A DNA stretch of 64,000 nucleotides from Candidatus Marinacidobacterales bacterium (GTDB lineage Bacteria > Acidobacteriota > Vicinamibacteria > Marinacidobacterales > DATDRI01). The notes under the pieces were generated by a model. That model did no database searches. It was given only the letters and a program-made list of their open reading frames with translations, and was not told the DNA's origin. The stretch covers positions 3,584,001 through 3,648,000 of the forward strand of contig CBDCNP010000002.1 in NCBI GenBank assembly GCA_965219415.1. The letters are read 5' to 3'. Of this stretch, positions 9,476 through 18,979 are shown piece after piece; the first letter of the stretch is position 1, and each line of letters starts with the position of its first letter. The position numbers and the translations under genes are program-made.

Positions 9476-10099
9476 CTACCGGAGGCTGCGCCGATCGTTC
9501 TGCCACCGCTGTCCACCAGCGATGAGTTCGTCCGCGCGATGGTCGAAAAGCTCTCCGCACATCCCGTGCTGGCGTCGTTTGTGGTGACCGAGCAGCTCGT
9601 TCGCAAAGCGGTGGTCGTCGTGGCCAACGTTGCGGAAGGGCTCAGCCCGGCTCGTCTGTTCCCGCATCTACGACCGGAGGAGCGGTTCGAGGTCGCCTCC
9701 CACTCGGGCCGACTCGTCATCGACGCGGAGAGCTACCATCGATATGACACGTACGTCGACTTCCTCGTTTCCCTCGATTCCGCTGGCCTCGTCGAAACGT
9801 ACCGCAATGTGAGACCCCTGATCGACGAGGCGTATCAGGAACTCGGCTACGGCGAGCAGCCATTCGAGGACGTTCTGACCATGGCCTTCGCGGTCGTTCT
9901 GAAAACACCCATTGTTCGGGGTGATATGGTCGTCGAGACAGTACGCGTCAACTACACTTACTCCGAGCAGTGGATCGAAGACCTCCCGCCCGTTCAGAGA
10001 CAGCTTCTTCGCATGGGACCGGACAACGTCCAGCGGATCCAGGCGAAGCTACGGGAGATCGCGGTCGAGTTCGGTCTTCGTCTGCCCGCCGAGGGCTGA
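9476..10099 (+). pseudogene. DUF3014-family protein, N-terminus removed at the IS6 boundary
   Basis: Frame is open from the IS6 end (LPEAAPIVLPPLSTSDEFVRAM...); SYHRYD.YV, PLIDEAYQELGY, QRQLLRMGPDN. Confidence 0.75.
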
Positions 10100-10185
10100 G
10101 CCCGCTCCCGGCAGGTGTTTGCTCACTGAACATTTAGAGCCTACAATCTCATTCAATCAGGACTCTGGCGGACGGCCAGTTAGGC

Positions 10186-10241
10186 TGTGATCCGCAAAAA
10201 AGCAGATCCCGTATCGCTGGATCGACTTTTTGCGGAGCACA
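10186..10241. mobile_element. 56-bp minimal MITE with TGT termini
   Basis: TGTGATCCGCAAAAAAG ... CTTTTTGCGGAGCACA; same ends as 5303-5397. Confidence 0.75.
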
Positions 10242-10352
10242 GCTGGCAGACCGGAGATTAATCAAGTTTGGTGCGCGCGGATGAATAAATAGAAGGCACA
10301 GCTCCTCACCGAGCAGTGGTTTCAGCGCTTTGCGGATCCCGGCGGCTATTCG

Positions 10353-10518
10353 GGTGCTTGCGCTGTTTACTGTTGGTGATGTGTACGCATCCCTTTGCAA
10401 AAGAGGCGCTTACGCTCCACTTAGCGCGCAGCGAAGGTCACGAGCGCTATTTTCGCTGTAATTTAATGCACTGTAAAGCCTTAGCGTCATCTCACCAACA
10501 CTTAATGGCGGAAGCACC
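10353..10518 (-). mobile_element. 166-bp MITE with GGTGCTT termini, copy 2
   Basis: Reverse complement of 6935-7100 with scattered substitutions. Confidence 0.85.
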
Positions 10519-10635
10519 TGAATTGGTGTACCACGGATGAGGGAGGGCAGCAAGAGGCCTTGGGACAGGACGAGCAGGGTTCGAGCTAGGAGGCACGCCA
10601 ACGACTAAGACTTTGAGTGACCACCGCTCGCACGT

Positions 10636-11283
10636 TCAACCCTGCGAGCGTCCCGGCATATAGAAGCGCGTCCCGCCAGTGAGGGACTGCATCTCGTGAA
10701 TCAAATCGTCGAGCCCCGTCCCGGGATGGGAGAAGTCTACATCGGCGGCATTTACGACCAAAAGGGGGGTCGCTGAGTAGTGGAAGAAAAAGTAGTCGTA
10801 AGCCTTTACTAACTCACGAAGGTAGGTCTCGCCTGGCCCGGGATCGCCCCGGCGGGTCTTTGACTTCTGGGACTTCAGCCGCTTGGTGAGAACCTCGGCC
10901 GGCGCCTGGAGGTAAATCACCAATTCTGGCGGTGGAACTTCCCCCTCCAGCACACGGTAGATCTTTTCGTAGAGCATCAGCTCGGTGTCATCGAGATTGA
11001 GATACGCAAAAATCTTGTCCTTCGCGAAAACGAAGTCGCAAGCGGTCACCTGGCGAAAGAGCTCGCGTTGAGCCAACTCGGAGAGTTGGCGGTAGCGGCT
11101 AAGGAGAAAGAACATCTGAGTCTGGAAGGCAGCGCCCGGCTTCTCGTGATAGAAATCGCGCAGAAAAGGATTCTCGGAAGATTCTAGGACGACGGCGGCT
11201 TCCAGGTGGGCGGCCAAGCGTTCGACGAGGGCAGTCTTCCCCACTCCCGGTGGCCCCTCTACTGAAACGTAGCGTCGGTTCAT
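10636..11283 (-). CDS. Deoxynucleoside kinase
   Basis: VEGPPGVGKT P-loop, ENPFL.DFY, AFQTQMFFLLSRY, FAKDKIFAYLNL; usual folK neighbour. Confidence 0.9.
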   Translation of the reverse strand: MNRRYVSVEGPPGVGKTALVERLAAHLEAAVVLESSENPFLRDFYHEKPGAAFQTQMFFLLSRYRQLSELAQRELFRQVTACDFVFAKDKIFAYLNLDDTELMLYEKIYRVLEGEVPPPELVIYLQAPAEVLTKRLKSQKSKTRRGDPGPGETYLRELVKAYDYFFFHYSATPLLVVNAADVDFSHPGTGLDDLIHEMQSLTGGTRFYMPGRSQG

Positions 11284-11807
11284 CGCGAGCTCACCGCACG
11301 AAGAATCGGGGGTGGAGCGATACGCGCCACGGAGGCCGTGCCGAGAGACCGACGGAGCAACTCCTTGGCGGACACACCCAAGGTTGGGTGGACCCAGTCC
11401 GGAGCGATCTCCGCCAGCGGGACTAGGACGAATCTCCTTAGGTGCAGTCGCGGGTGTGGTAGGGTGAGCTCGGGAGTCGCGACCGCTTCTTCACCCACCA
11501 TCAGGAGGTCCAGGTCGATGGTGCGCGGATGGTGATGGCCATTGCGGGTCCTTTGCCGGCCTTGACGCGTTTCGATCTCTCGACAGATCGAAAGCAAGTC
11601 GAGTGGTTCGACTGGGCTAAGCACTCTGGCGACCGCATTCGTGAACCAGGGTTGAGACGGTGCTTCCACCGGCTCGGTTTGGTAAAGGCTCGAGACCTTG
11701 TCTACCGCGATCAACCTCTCCCCCAACCGCTGCAATGCCAAGGAGATTTGCGCAACAGGGTGATCCAAATTCGAACCCAGTCCTATGAATCCTTCATGGG
11801 AGGACAC
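11280..11807 (-). CDS. folK: 2-amino-4-hydroxy-6-hydroxymethyldihydropteridine diphosphokinase (HPPK)
   Basis: IGLGSNL, SSLYQTEP, PRTIDLDLL, LTLPHPRLHLRRFVLVPLAEI. Confidence 0.95.
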   Translation of the reverse strand: MSSHEGFIGLGSNLDHPVAQISLALQRLGERLIAVDKVSSLYQTEPVEAPSQPWFTNAVARVLSPVEPLDLLSICREIETRQGRQRTRNGHHHPRTIDLDLLMVGEEAVATPELTLPHPRLHLRRFVLVPLAEIAPDWVHPTLGVSAKELLRRSLGTASVARIAPPPILRAVSSR

Positions 11808-11909
11808 GCGAGATTATAGGCATGGTGGCGGCGGGGATCAATGCGAGCCGATCTTTTGACAGCAGTAAGGCGGCCAACTAACATTCTACGCGCAGAGCGG
11901 GCCAGTATC

Positions 11910-11953
11910 GGCGTCTGGCTAGCTCAATAGAGGCAACGTCGCTTACTGACGCC
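11910..11953 (+). repeat. ~45-bp hairpin repeat family copy
   Basis: GGCGTCTGGCTAGCTCAATAG...GACGCC; similar to 18787-18830 and 18847-18890. Confidence 0.6.
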
Positions 11954-11973
11954 AGAAATAGAGGTGCACGGTC

Positions 11974-13767
11974 ATGAAATTTGAAACACTGAACGAGCTC
12001 TTCTTCGCAGCAATGGAGACTCACCGGAAGCCCGACGTGATCCGATACAAGTCGGAGGGCGCTTGGCACTCGGTGTCCTGGGCCGAAATGCTGGAACGGG
12101 TTCGCGACTTGGCGCTCGGATTTCATGAGCTCGGTGTGACGCGAGGCGACCGAGTCGCGCTCCTGTCGGAGAACCGGCCCGAGTGGTTCTTTGTGGACAA
12201 GGCACTTCAAATCCTGGGGGCGGCTATCGTCCCTATCTACTCGACCCTCCCCACCCCCCAAGTGTCCTACATCGTGCGCAACTCCGAGTCGAAGGTCCTG
12301 ATCGTCTCCTCACCCGAGCAGCAAACCAAAGTGGCCGAGGTCCGCGGGGACCTGAGCGATGTGGAACAGGTGATTAGAATCGATCCTCCGCGTGGCAGCG
12401 AGCTGGATAGCTTGGCGCTCGACGAGGTCTTCGCCCGTGGAGCGGAGAGGGCGGCCAAGGAGCCCGAGCTCCATCGTCGATTGGCGGCGGAGGTAACACC
12501 GCAAGACCTGGCCACCATCATTTACACATCTGGCACGACGGGAGATCCAAAAGGCGTCATGCTGACGCACGACAATTTCGTTTCAAATGTAAAGGCCTCC
12601 AAGGAGGTCTTGCCCATTACCAAAGACGATGTGGCTCTATCCGCACTCCCCTATAGCCACGTCTTCGAAAGAATGGTCGCCCACTATCTCTATCCTTACG
12701 CCGGCACCACCATCGCCATAGCCGAGAGCGTCGACAAGGTCGTGGATAACCTGGCGGAGATCAGACCCACGGTGATGACCTTCGTCCCTCGCTTTTACGA
12801 AAAGATGCACGCCCGTGTGTTGGAGGCGGTATCCCAGGGGAGTCCTCTGAAACGAAAGATCTTCTGGTGGGCCGTCTCAGTGGGTCGGGAGCACGGCCGC
12901 TACCGTCTGGGAGGCGACAAACCACCCTTCCTCTTGGATCTCAAGTACAAGATCGCAACCGCCTTGGCCTTCAAGAAGCTTCAGCACCGGGTTGGAGGCC
13001 GCTTGAGATTTTTCATTTCCGGGGGCGCGCCATTGTCCAAAGAGATCGCGGAGTTCTTCTGGGCGGCCGGTATCACGATTCTAGAAGGCTACGGCCTTTC
13101 TGAGACGTCGCCGGTCATTGCCGTGAACCACCCCGGGGCGATCCGATTCGGCACCGTCGGCCAAGTCGCTCCGGGAGTTGAAGTCAAGATCGCCGAGGAT
13201 CAAGAGATCCTGGCCCGCGGGCCCAACATCATGAAGGGCTACTATAAGAATGAAACGGCGACGCGGGAAGCCATCGACCCAGATGGCTGGTTCCACACCG
13301 GAGACGTTGGTCACCTGGATGCGGATGGTTTTCTAGTTATTACCGACCGCAAGAAAGATCTCATCGTCACTGCGGGAGGGAAGAAAATTGCGCCCCAGCC
13401 GATCGAGAGCCTGCTGAAGACCAACCCTTACGTCGCCGAGATCGTGGTCATCGGCAACGCCCGTCGCTTCCCGGCCGCTCTCGTCGTGCCTGATTTCGAC
13501 CAGCTCCATAAGTGGACACGCGAACACGGAATCAAGTCGTTCAACAAGCAGGAGCTGGTGCGCAACCAAGGCTTGATCGACTTCATCCAAACGCAGATTG
13601 ACGAAATGACGTCACACTTGGCGAAGTTTGAAAGGATCAAGAAAGTTTGCTTGCTCCCCAAGGCGTTCACTCTCGAAGGCGGAGAGCTTACCCCCACGCT
13701 CAAGGTCAAGAGAAAAGTCGTAGAGGGTCGCTACAAGGACCTGATCGATCAACTATACGCATCATGA
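11974..13767 (+). CDS. Long-chain fatty acid--CoA ligase (AMP-binding)
   Basis: IIYTSGTTGDPKGVMLTH, EGYGLSETSP, GWFHTGDVG, ITDRKKDLIVTAGGK. Confidence 0.93.
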   Translation: MKFETLNELFFAAMETHRKPDVIRYKSEGAWHSVSWAEMLERVRDLALGFHELGVTRGDRVALLSENRPEWFFVDKALQILGAAIVPIYSTLPTPQVSYIVRNSESKVLIVSSPEQQTKVAEVRGDLSDVEQVIRIDPPRGSELDSLALDEVFARGAERAAKEPELHRRLAAEVTPQDLATIIYTSGTTGDPKGVMLTHDNFVSNVKASKEVLPITKDDVALSALPYSHVFERMVAHYLYPYAGTTIAIAESVDKVVDNLAEIRPTVMTFVPRFYEKMHARVLEAVSQGSPLKRKIFWWAVSVGREHGRYRLGGDKPPFLLDLKYKIATALAFKKLQHRVGGRLRFFISGGAPLSKEIAEFFWAAGITILEGYGLSETSPVIAVNHPGAIRFGTVGQVAPGVEVKIAEDQEILARGPNIMKGYYKNETATREAIDPDGWFHTGDVGHLDADGFLVITDRKKDLIVTAGGKKIAPQPIESLLKTNPYVAEIVVIGNARRFPAALVVPDFDQLHKWTREHGIKSFNKQELVRNQGLIDFIQTQIDEMTSHLAKFERIKKVCLLPKAFTLEGGELTPTLKVKRKVVEGRYKDLIDQLYAS

Positions 13768-15206
13768 AGCAGGGGTATGAAGCGGTCATCGGACTCGAGA
13801 TCCACGCGCAGCTACTGACCGCGACGAAGCTCTTTTGTGGCTGCCTCACCCGCTTCGGGGATTCTCCCAACACTCACGTATGTCCGGTCTGCCTGGGTCT
13901 CCCCGGTGCCCTGCCGGTGTTGAACCGCAAAGCCGTGGACCTGGCGCTTCGGATGGTGCTCGCGGTGGGTTGTCGGGTCAACGAGAGATCCGTCTTCGCG
14001 AGGAAAAATTACTTCTATCCTGACCTACCCAAGGGCTACCAAATCTCTCAATACGATCGACCCTTGGCGATCGGCGGACGGCTCAACATCCGGGACGGCG
14101 TTCTAGAAAAAACGATTCAGATAACCCGAATTCATCTCGAGGAAGACGCGGGAAAACTCCTGCACGAGGGCTTCGAAAATGCCGCGGAGCAGAGTGGCGT
14201 CGACTACAACCGAAGTGGCGTGCCGCTCATCGAGATCGTCAGCGAACCCGATCTAAGGAGCTCGAAGCAGGCAGTTGCCTATGCACAAAACATCAAAACG
14301 ATTCTCGAGTACACCGACGTCTCCCACGCCAATATGGAAGAAGGCAATTTGCGTTGCGATGTGAACGTCTCGGTGCGACCGACCGGTGAGCAACAACTCG
14401 GAACCAAAGTAGAGGTCAAGAACCTCAACTCGTTTCGCTTCCTGGCGCGGGCGGTCGAATACGAATTCGAACGTCAAGTGGAAACGCTCGAGGCAGGCGA
14501 TGCCGTGATTCAAGAAACCCGGCTTTACGATACGTCGAGCGGCCAAACCCAGTCCATGCGAACCAAGGAAGAGGCCCACGATTACCGCTATTTCCCCGAG
14601 CCTGATCTGCCTCCTCTACGGGTCAGCACCGAGTGGGTAGAGCGTGCTCGCGACAATCTACCGGAGCTTCCAGAGCCCAAGAAGATTCGGTTCATCGAGC
14701 AATACGGGATCCCCGCTTATGATGCGACCGTTCTGACCGCATCTCAGGCGGTGGCGGATTACTTCGAGGCCACTGCGGCCGCAGCGGGGAACGCTAAGGC
14801 GGCCAGCAACTGGATCATGTCGGAGTCGCTTCGCAAGATGAACGAGAGTGGAGTGGGACTCGACGTCTCGCCGGTGGGACCGGAAGCGCTCGGCGAAATG
14901 ATACGACTCATCGGCGGTGGGACGATTAGCGGCAAGATCGGCAAGGAGCTCTTCGAGAAGATGTACTCAACTGGGGAGCAGCCGCGTGCACTCATAGAAA
15001 AGGAGGGGCTAACTCAAATCACCGATCGCTCGGCCATTGAAGAGGTCGCCCGTACCGTGCTGGCCGAGAACGCAAAACAGGTCGAGCAGTATCGTGGGGG
15101 GAAAACAAAAGTCCTCGGCTGGCTAGTGGGACAAGTAATGAAGGCGACGCGGGGCAAAGCAAATCCCAATCTCGTGGGCGAGGTTCTCAAAGACCTGTTA
15201 AAGTAA
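13764..15206 (+). CDS. gatB: Asp/Glu-tRNA(Asn/Gln) amidotransferase subunit B
   Basis: VIGLEIHAQL, RKNYFYPDLPKGYQISQ, HLEEDAGK, DYRYFPEPDLP; ATG overlaps the upstream stop. Confidence 0.97.
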   Translation: MKQGYEAVIGLEIHAQLLTATKLFCGCLTRFGDSPNTHVCPVCLGLPGALPVLNRKAVDLALRMVLAVGCRVNERSVFARKNYFYPDLPKGYQISQYDRPLAIGGRLNIRDGVLEKTIQITRIHLEEDAGKLLHEGFENAAEQSGVDYNRSGVPLIEIVSEPDLRSSKQAVAYAQNIKTILEYTDVSHANMEEGNLRCDVNVSVRPTGEQQLGTKVEVKNLNSFRFLARAVEYEFERQVETLEAGDAVIQETRLYDTSSGQTQSMRTKEEAHDYRYFPEPDLPPLRVSTEWVERARDNLPELPEPKKIRFIEQYGIPAYDATVLTASQAVADYFEATAAAAGNAKAASNWIMSESLRKMNESGVGLDVSPVGPEALGEMIRLIGGGTISGKIGKELFEKMYSTGEQPRALIEKEGLTQITDRSAIEEVARTVLAENAKQVEQYRGGKTKVLGWLVGQVMKATRGKANPNLVGEVLKDLLK

Positions 15207-15221
15207 GTTCACGGGAAGGCG

Positions 15222-15878
15222 ATGATCCAGACGTACCACGTCTACAAACAATACAATAGGGAATCCGCCGCCCTCAGCGACGTCACTCTCGAAGTCGACA
15301 AAGGAGAGTTCGTTTTCTTGACCGGCCCCAGCGGTGCAGGCAAGACTACTTTCCTGAAGCTCATCTTCCGCGAGGAGTCACCGACCCAAGGTCAGATTCT
15401 CGTGAACGGCCGCAACGTATCGGCCATCCCCGACTCCAAAATCCCGTTCTTGCGCCGTAGCATTGGGGTCGTGTTCCAGGACTTCAAACTGTTAAAAAGG
15501 AAGACGGTGTTCGAGAACGTCGCCTTCGTCTTGAGGGTGATGGGATTTCCGAAAGCCGAAAGACAACGTCGCGCCTTCAAGATCCTCAAACAGGTTGGGC
15601 TTCATCACAAGATGCATGCTTTCCCGCTACAGCTCTCCGGGGGCGAGCAGCAGCGGGTTGCGGTCGCGCGCGCACTCATTAACGAGCCGGTCTTACTGCT
15701 CGCCGACGAACCCACCGGCAACCTCGACCCCGAACTGGCTTATGAGATCATGCAGCTCTTCAAGGAGATCAACAATCGGGGAACGACGGTGCTCGTGGCC
15801 ACCCACGACCGAGAGCTGATTACCCGCTTGGGTAAGCGAGTGATTCTGCTAGAAAACGGCAGGGTGATGGCAAGCTAG
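15222..15878 (+). CDS. ftsE: Cell division ATP-binding protein FtsE
   Basis: [51 protein letters not shown]. Confidence 0.92.
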   Translation: MIQTYHVYKQYNRESAALSDVTLEVDKGEFVFLTGPSGAGKTTFLKLIFREESPTQGQILVNGRNVSAIPDSKIPFLRRSIGVVFQDFKLLKRKTVFENVAFVLRVMGFPKAERQRRAFKILKQVGLHHKMHAFPLQLSGGEQQRVAVARALINEPVLLLADEPTGNLDPELAYEIMQLFKEINNRGTTVLVATHDRELITRLGKRVILLENGRVMAS

Positions 15879-15915
15879 TCCGCTGAGCCGTCAGACCGCG
15901 CGCGGTCACCTTGTT

Positions 15916-16023
15916 GGCCGCCAAAATACGTTGTTGCCAATCTGGGGCGAGCCAGGCGGGCTTTTCAGTTCGTGGTTGGCCGTCAAAACTACGTCGTGCC
16001 ATCGAACAAGGTGGCCAGACGGC
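15916..16023 (-). repeat. Two tandem copies of the ~45-bp hairpin repeat
   Basis: 15916-15960 and 15978-16023; reverse complement of the second is GCCGTCTGGCCAC...GGCACGACGTAGTTTTGACGGCC. Confidence 0.7.
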
Positions 16024-16194
16024 GGTGGGGCCCCGGAGCACTAATCCGGTTGAGCCCTCAGCTAGCGCGCAGTCGCTTGCCGACGGAGCGCGAGGTCTGG
16101 GGAGAGCCCTCAGCTGCCGCGCAGGGTGCCAACCCGGAGAGGCAAGCCGAGCCGCGAGGAGCGGCGAGGTACTGATTAGTGGGGCCCCGGACCA
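16024..16194. repeat. GC-rich composite intergenic repeat (GTGGGGCCCCG and GAGCCCTCAGCT modules)
   Basis: Modules recur at 22406-22505, 28667-28790, 53550-53675 and 59724-59940. Confidence 0.55.
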
Positions 16195-16815
16195 CTAATC
16201 CGTAAGATAAGCCTTGATACGGGCGACGACCAGATCCAGTGCCACCTGGTTCTCCGCCCCCTCTGGAACGATGAGATCCGCATACCGTTTTGAGGGCTCA
16301 ACGAATTCAAGGTGCATCGGCCGGACCGACTCTAGGTATTGCTGCGTAACCATTTCCAAATCTCGGCCCCGATCCAAAACGTCGCGGCGAAGCCTACGAA
16401 GCAGCCTGACGTCGGCGTCGGTGTCGATGTAGAGCTTAATGTCGAGCAGCCGTCTCAGACGCTCATCATCCAAAACAAGGATGCCCTCTAGGACCACGAT
16501 GTGCTTGGGCTGCACAAGCCCGCCTGTTTCCTTCCTCGCGTGGGTCACATAGTCATACGTTAGCTTGGGAACAGGCCTGCCGTTTTTCAATTCTCCGACG
16601 TGATGGAGAAGTAGCTCGTTGTCGAAAGCCCGTGGATGGTCGTAGTTGATCTTGGCTCGCTCCTCGAGGGATAGCTCCTGGTGGTCGCAATAGTAGGCAT
16701 CCTGGGAAATCAGCACCGTGTTCTCCGAACCAACCGCTTCGATCATCGCCGCGGCAAAGCTGGTCTTGCCAGAGCCGGTTCCACCGGCGATGCCGATCAG
16801 GACTGACCTATCCAT
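16195..16815 (-). CDS. udk: Uridine kinase
   Basis: IGIAGGTGSGKT, QDAYY, INYDHP.AFD, RRLRRDV..RGR, PMHLEFVEPSKRYAD. Confidence 0.96.
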   Translation of the reverse strand: MDRSVLIGIAGGTGSGKTSFAAAMIEAVGSENTVLISQDAYYCDHQELSLEERAKINYDHPRAFDNELLLHHVGELKNGRPVPKLTYDYVTHARKETGGLVQPKHIVVLEGILVLDDERLRRLLDIKLYIDTDADVRLLRRLRRDVLDRGRDLEMVTQQYLESVRPMHLEFVEPSKRYADLIVPEGAENQVALDLVVARIKAYLTD

Positions 16816-16898
16816 GGCGCTCCGAGTCTGCTTTTAAACCCGGGTGGGGTCAAATCGTAAATCGGAAGCGACCGTCTGGAGTATAATAGGCACGCCCG

Positions 16899-17807
16899 AT
16901 GCACCTCCTGCACGCGATCGGCTATTGCTTCGAAGAGGCCTTCGCCGAATTGTGGCGGAACCGTCTCGTCAATCTAGTCTCGATCGCCACCATAGCCGTC
17001 TCCCTCGTCATTCTCGGTATCTTCGCCAGCCTCTCCGCCAACCTCGACGCCCTTCTAGAAGGTTGGTCCAATCGCGTGCAGGTCACTGCTTACCTAAAGG
17101 ATGATACTCACGCCACCGACCGAGAAGACCTGGAGTCGCTGCTCGCGTCTCTGGACCAAGTAGAGTCCTTCGATTTCGTCTCGAAGGGGCGAGCCGTCGA
17201 GCGGTTCCGCTCCTATTTCCCCGAGCTCGAAGGTCTTCCCGGCATGCTGGAGTCCAATCCATTACCGGCCTCTTTCGAGATACAGATTGCAGATGGGCAT
17301 CGAGCACCGGAGGATGTGCACCGATTCGCGGATTCGCTCAAGGACAGGGCCGGCGTCGACGGCGTCGACTACGACCTGTTGTGGATCGAACGCTTGACCG
17401 CCATCATCGACCTGGTGCGAGTCGTCGGCTTCTTCATCGGCGGCGCGATGGTGGTCGCGGCGATCTTCACCATCTTCAACGTCGTCAAGCTCACCGTGTA
17501 TGGCCGCCAGGACGAGATTGGTATCATGCGCTTGGTGGGCGCGACTCACACTTACATTCGGGGACCCTTCTTGGTCGAGGGGATGCTACAAGGAGGTCTT
17601 GGGGGTACGTTGGCAATCGGCCTTCTCCACCTGTCACATCAGTTCCTACTCCGAGAATTGCTCTCCTCTTCGCGATTGGTGCTCGACGTCGGTTGGCTCA
17701 CCTTCTTGTCGCCTCAGGCCTGGGGAATGATCGTTTTAGGAGGGATGATGGTGGGGCTCTCGGGGAGCACGCTTTCAGTGCGTCGGTTCCTGAGGAGCTC
17801 GGTATAG
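16899..17807 (+). CDS. ftsX: Cell division permease FtsX
   Basis: N-terminal TM helix, NPLPASFEI, EIGIMRLVGAT..YIRGPFLVEG. Confidence 0.92.
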   Translation: MHLLHAIGYCFEEAFAELWRNRLVNLVSIATIAVSLVILGIFASLSANLDALLEGWSNRVQVTAYLKDDTHATDREDLESLLASLDQVESFDFVSKGRAVERFRSYFPELEGLPGMLESNPLPASFEIQIADGHRAPEDVHRFADSLKDRAGVDGVDYDLLWIERLTAIIDLVRVVGFFIGGAMVVAAIFTIFNVVKLTVYGRQDEIGIMRLVGATHTYIRGPFLVEGMLQGGLGGTLAIGLLHLSHQFLLRELLSSSRLVLDVGWLTFLSPQAWGMIVLGGMMVGLSGSTLSVRRFLRSSV

Positions 17808-17834
17808 GTATGGACCGAGCGGTTGCCTGGACCG

Positions 17835-18596
17835 CTAAAAGCGGTAGGTCTTCCCCTGCTGGATGAGCTGGATACGTCGCGCGTCTATCGCCCGCAGCTG
17901 ACGTGCAATCCGAGTACGGTGAGATGGCTTCACGTGAGTAATCAGGATGCGGATTCGGCGCTTGAACTTGCGCAAGTCCTTCCTTAGAAGCTCCGGTGTC
18001 ATGTGACCGCTCACTTCAGCTCTCTCCTTGTCCTCGTTGGGAAATGAGGCTTCCGTGATGATCGCCTTGAGGTTCTTCTTGGTATTGGCCACTTGCCAAA
18101 CCCGGTCGGTAGGACCGGTGTCGCTCGTATAAATGATGGAGCTCCGGGCATCTTCAATGAGAAGACCCACGGTCGGAGTGATGTGATCGACGGCGAGCGG
18201 AGTGAAGGTGAGCTTATCGACCTTGAAGGCCTTGTCTTCCTCGATCTCTTGGAATCGAATAGTCGGGCTGTGGTTATTGGGAAGGCGGCTGAAGTCAGGC
18301 CAAAGCACATCGTTGAACATGTACCTCTTCAGGCTCTCCACGACCGGAGCCGTAGCGTAGACCACGGCCGGTTGCTCGATCTTACCGTACACGTTATCGG
18401 CGAAGAACGCCAAAGCGCAATTATGATCGAGGTGCGAGTGGCTAACGATGATATGCCGTACCGCGACCTGCTCCTCGAGCGTCAGAGTCTGGGTCAGAGC
18501 GCCCGCATCGATGGCGATGCTGTCGTTCAGCAGGAAACAGGACAGATGACGTCCCTTGACGCTCCCACCGAAACAACCTAGGACCCTGAGCTTCAT
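17835..18596 (-). CDS. Class II cyclic-nucleotide phosphodiesterase (metallo-beta-lactamase fold)
   Basis: LRVLGCFGG, IDAG, SHSHLDH, FNDVLWPDF, SDTGPT, EASFPN, SGHMTP. Confidence 0.82.
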   Translation of the reverse strand: MKLRVLGCFGGSVKGRHLSCFLLNDSIAIDAGALTQTLTLEEQVAVRHIIVSHSHLDHNCALAFFADNVYGKIEQPAVVYATAPVVESLKRYMFNDVLWPDFSRLPNNHSPTIRFQEIEEDKAFKVDKLTFTPLAVDHITPTVGLLIEDARSSIIYTSDTGPTDRVWQVANTKKNLKAIITEASFPNEDKERAEVSGHMTPELLRKDLRKFKRRIRILITHVKPSHRTRIARQLRAIDARRIQLIQQGKTYRF

Positions 18597-18786
18597 GCCC
18601 CCCCACGCGGCATTAGACTAGGCGACGCGAAACCGGCTTACGCAGAGCAGAGCATAAGGCACGTCGAACACAATGCACTTGGTCTCCCGATGTACTTACT
18701 AACTTCGAAGGGTGGATGATCTGAGTGACTATAACTTTGACAGTGATGGATTGTCAAGATCGGGCCGGTTCCGGACGTCCGAAGCC

Positions 18787-18890
18787 GGCGTCTGGCTCGG
18801 TCAATAGCAGCTACCACGCTAACCGACGCCCGACATGGGGAGCGTTCGCGTCTGGCTCGGTCAATAGCAGCTATTTCCTCCGGTGACGCC
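18787..18890 (+). repeat. Two tandem ~44-bp hairpin repeats (60-bp period)
   Basis: GCGTCTGGCTCGGTCAATAGCAGCTA at 18788 and 18848, each closed by GACGCC. Confidence 0.8.
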
Positions 18891-18979
18891 AAGCGGTGTT
18901 TCTCGATGGGCTTCCGCGGTGACGCCAGGCAGTCTCTGCGTGTTTGACCGCTTGTCCCGCAGCTCACTAGGATGACTTC

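Noticed and set aside
4906-10518. GGTGCTTCCGCCATTAAGTGTTG repeats as a CRISPR array
   Set aside because: Spacing is irregular, both orientations occur, copies pair as inverted termini, one precedes an IS1-family transposase, and no cas genes are present.
1-10520. Integron cassette array
   Set aside because: No IntI or other tyrosine recombinase, no convincing attC (RYYYAAC...GTTRRRY) pairs, and gene boundaries coincide with IS ends.
18788-18873. Two 26-bp direct repeats with a 34-bp spacer as a mini-CRISPR
   Set aside because: Only two units and no cas genes. The 'spacer' supplies the closing arm (GACGCC) of a hairpin, and related copies are dispersed elsewhere.
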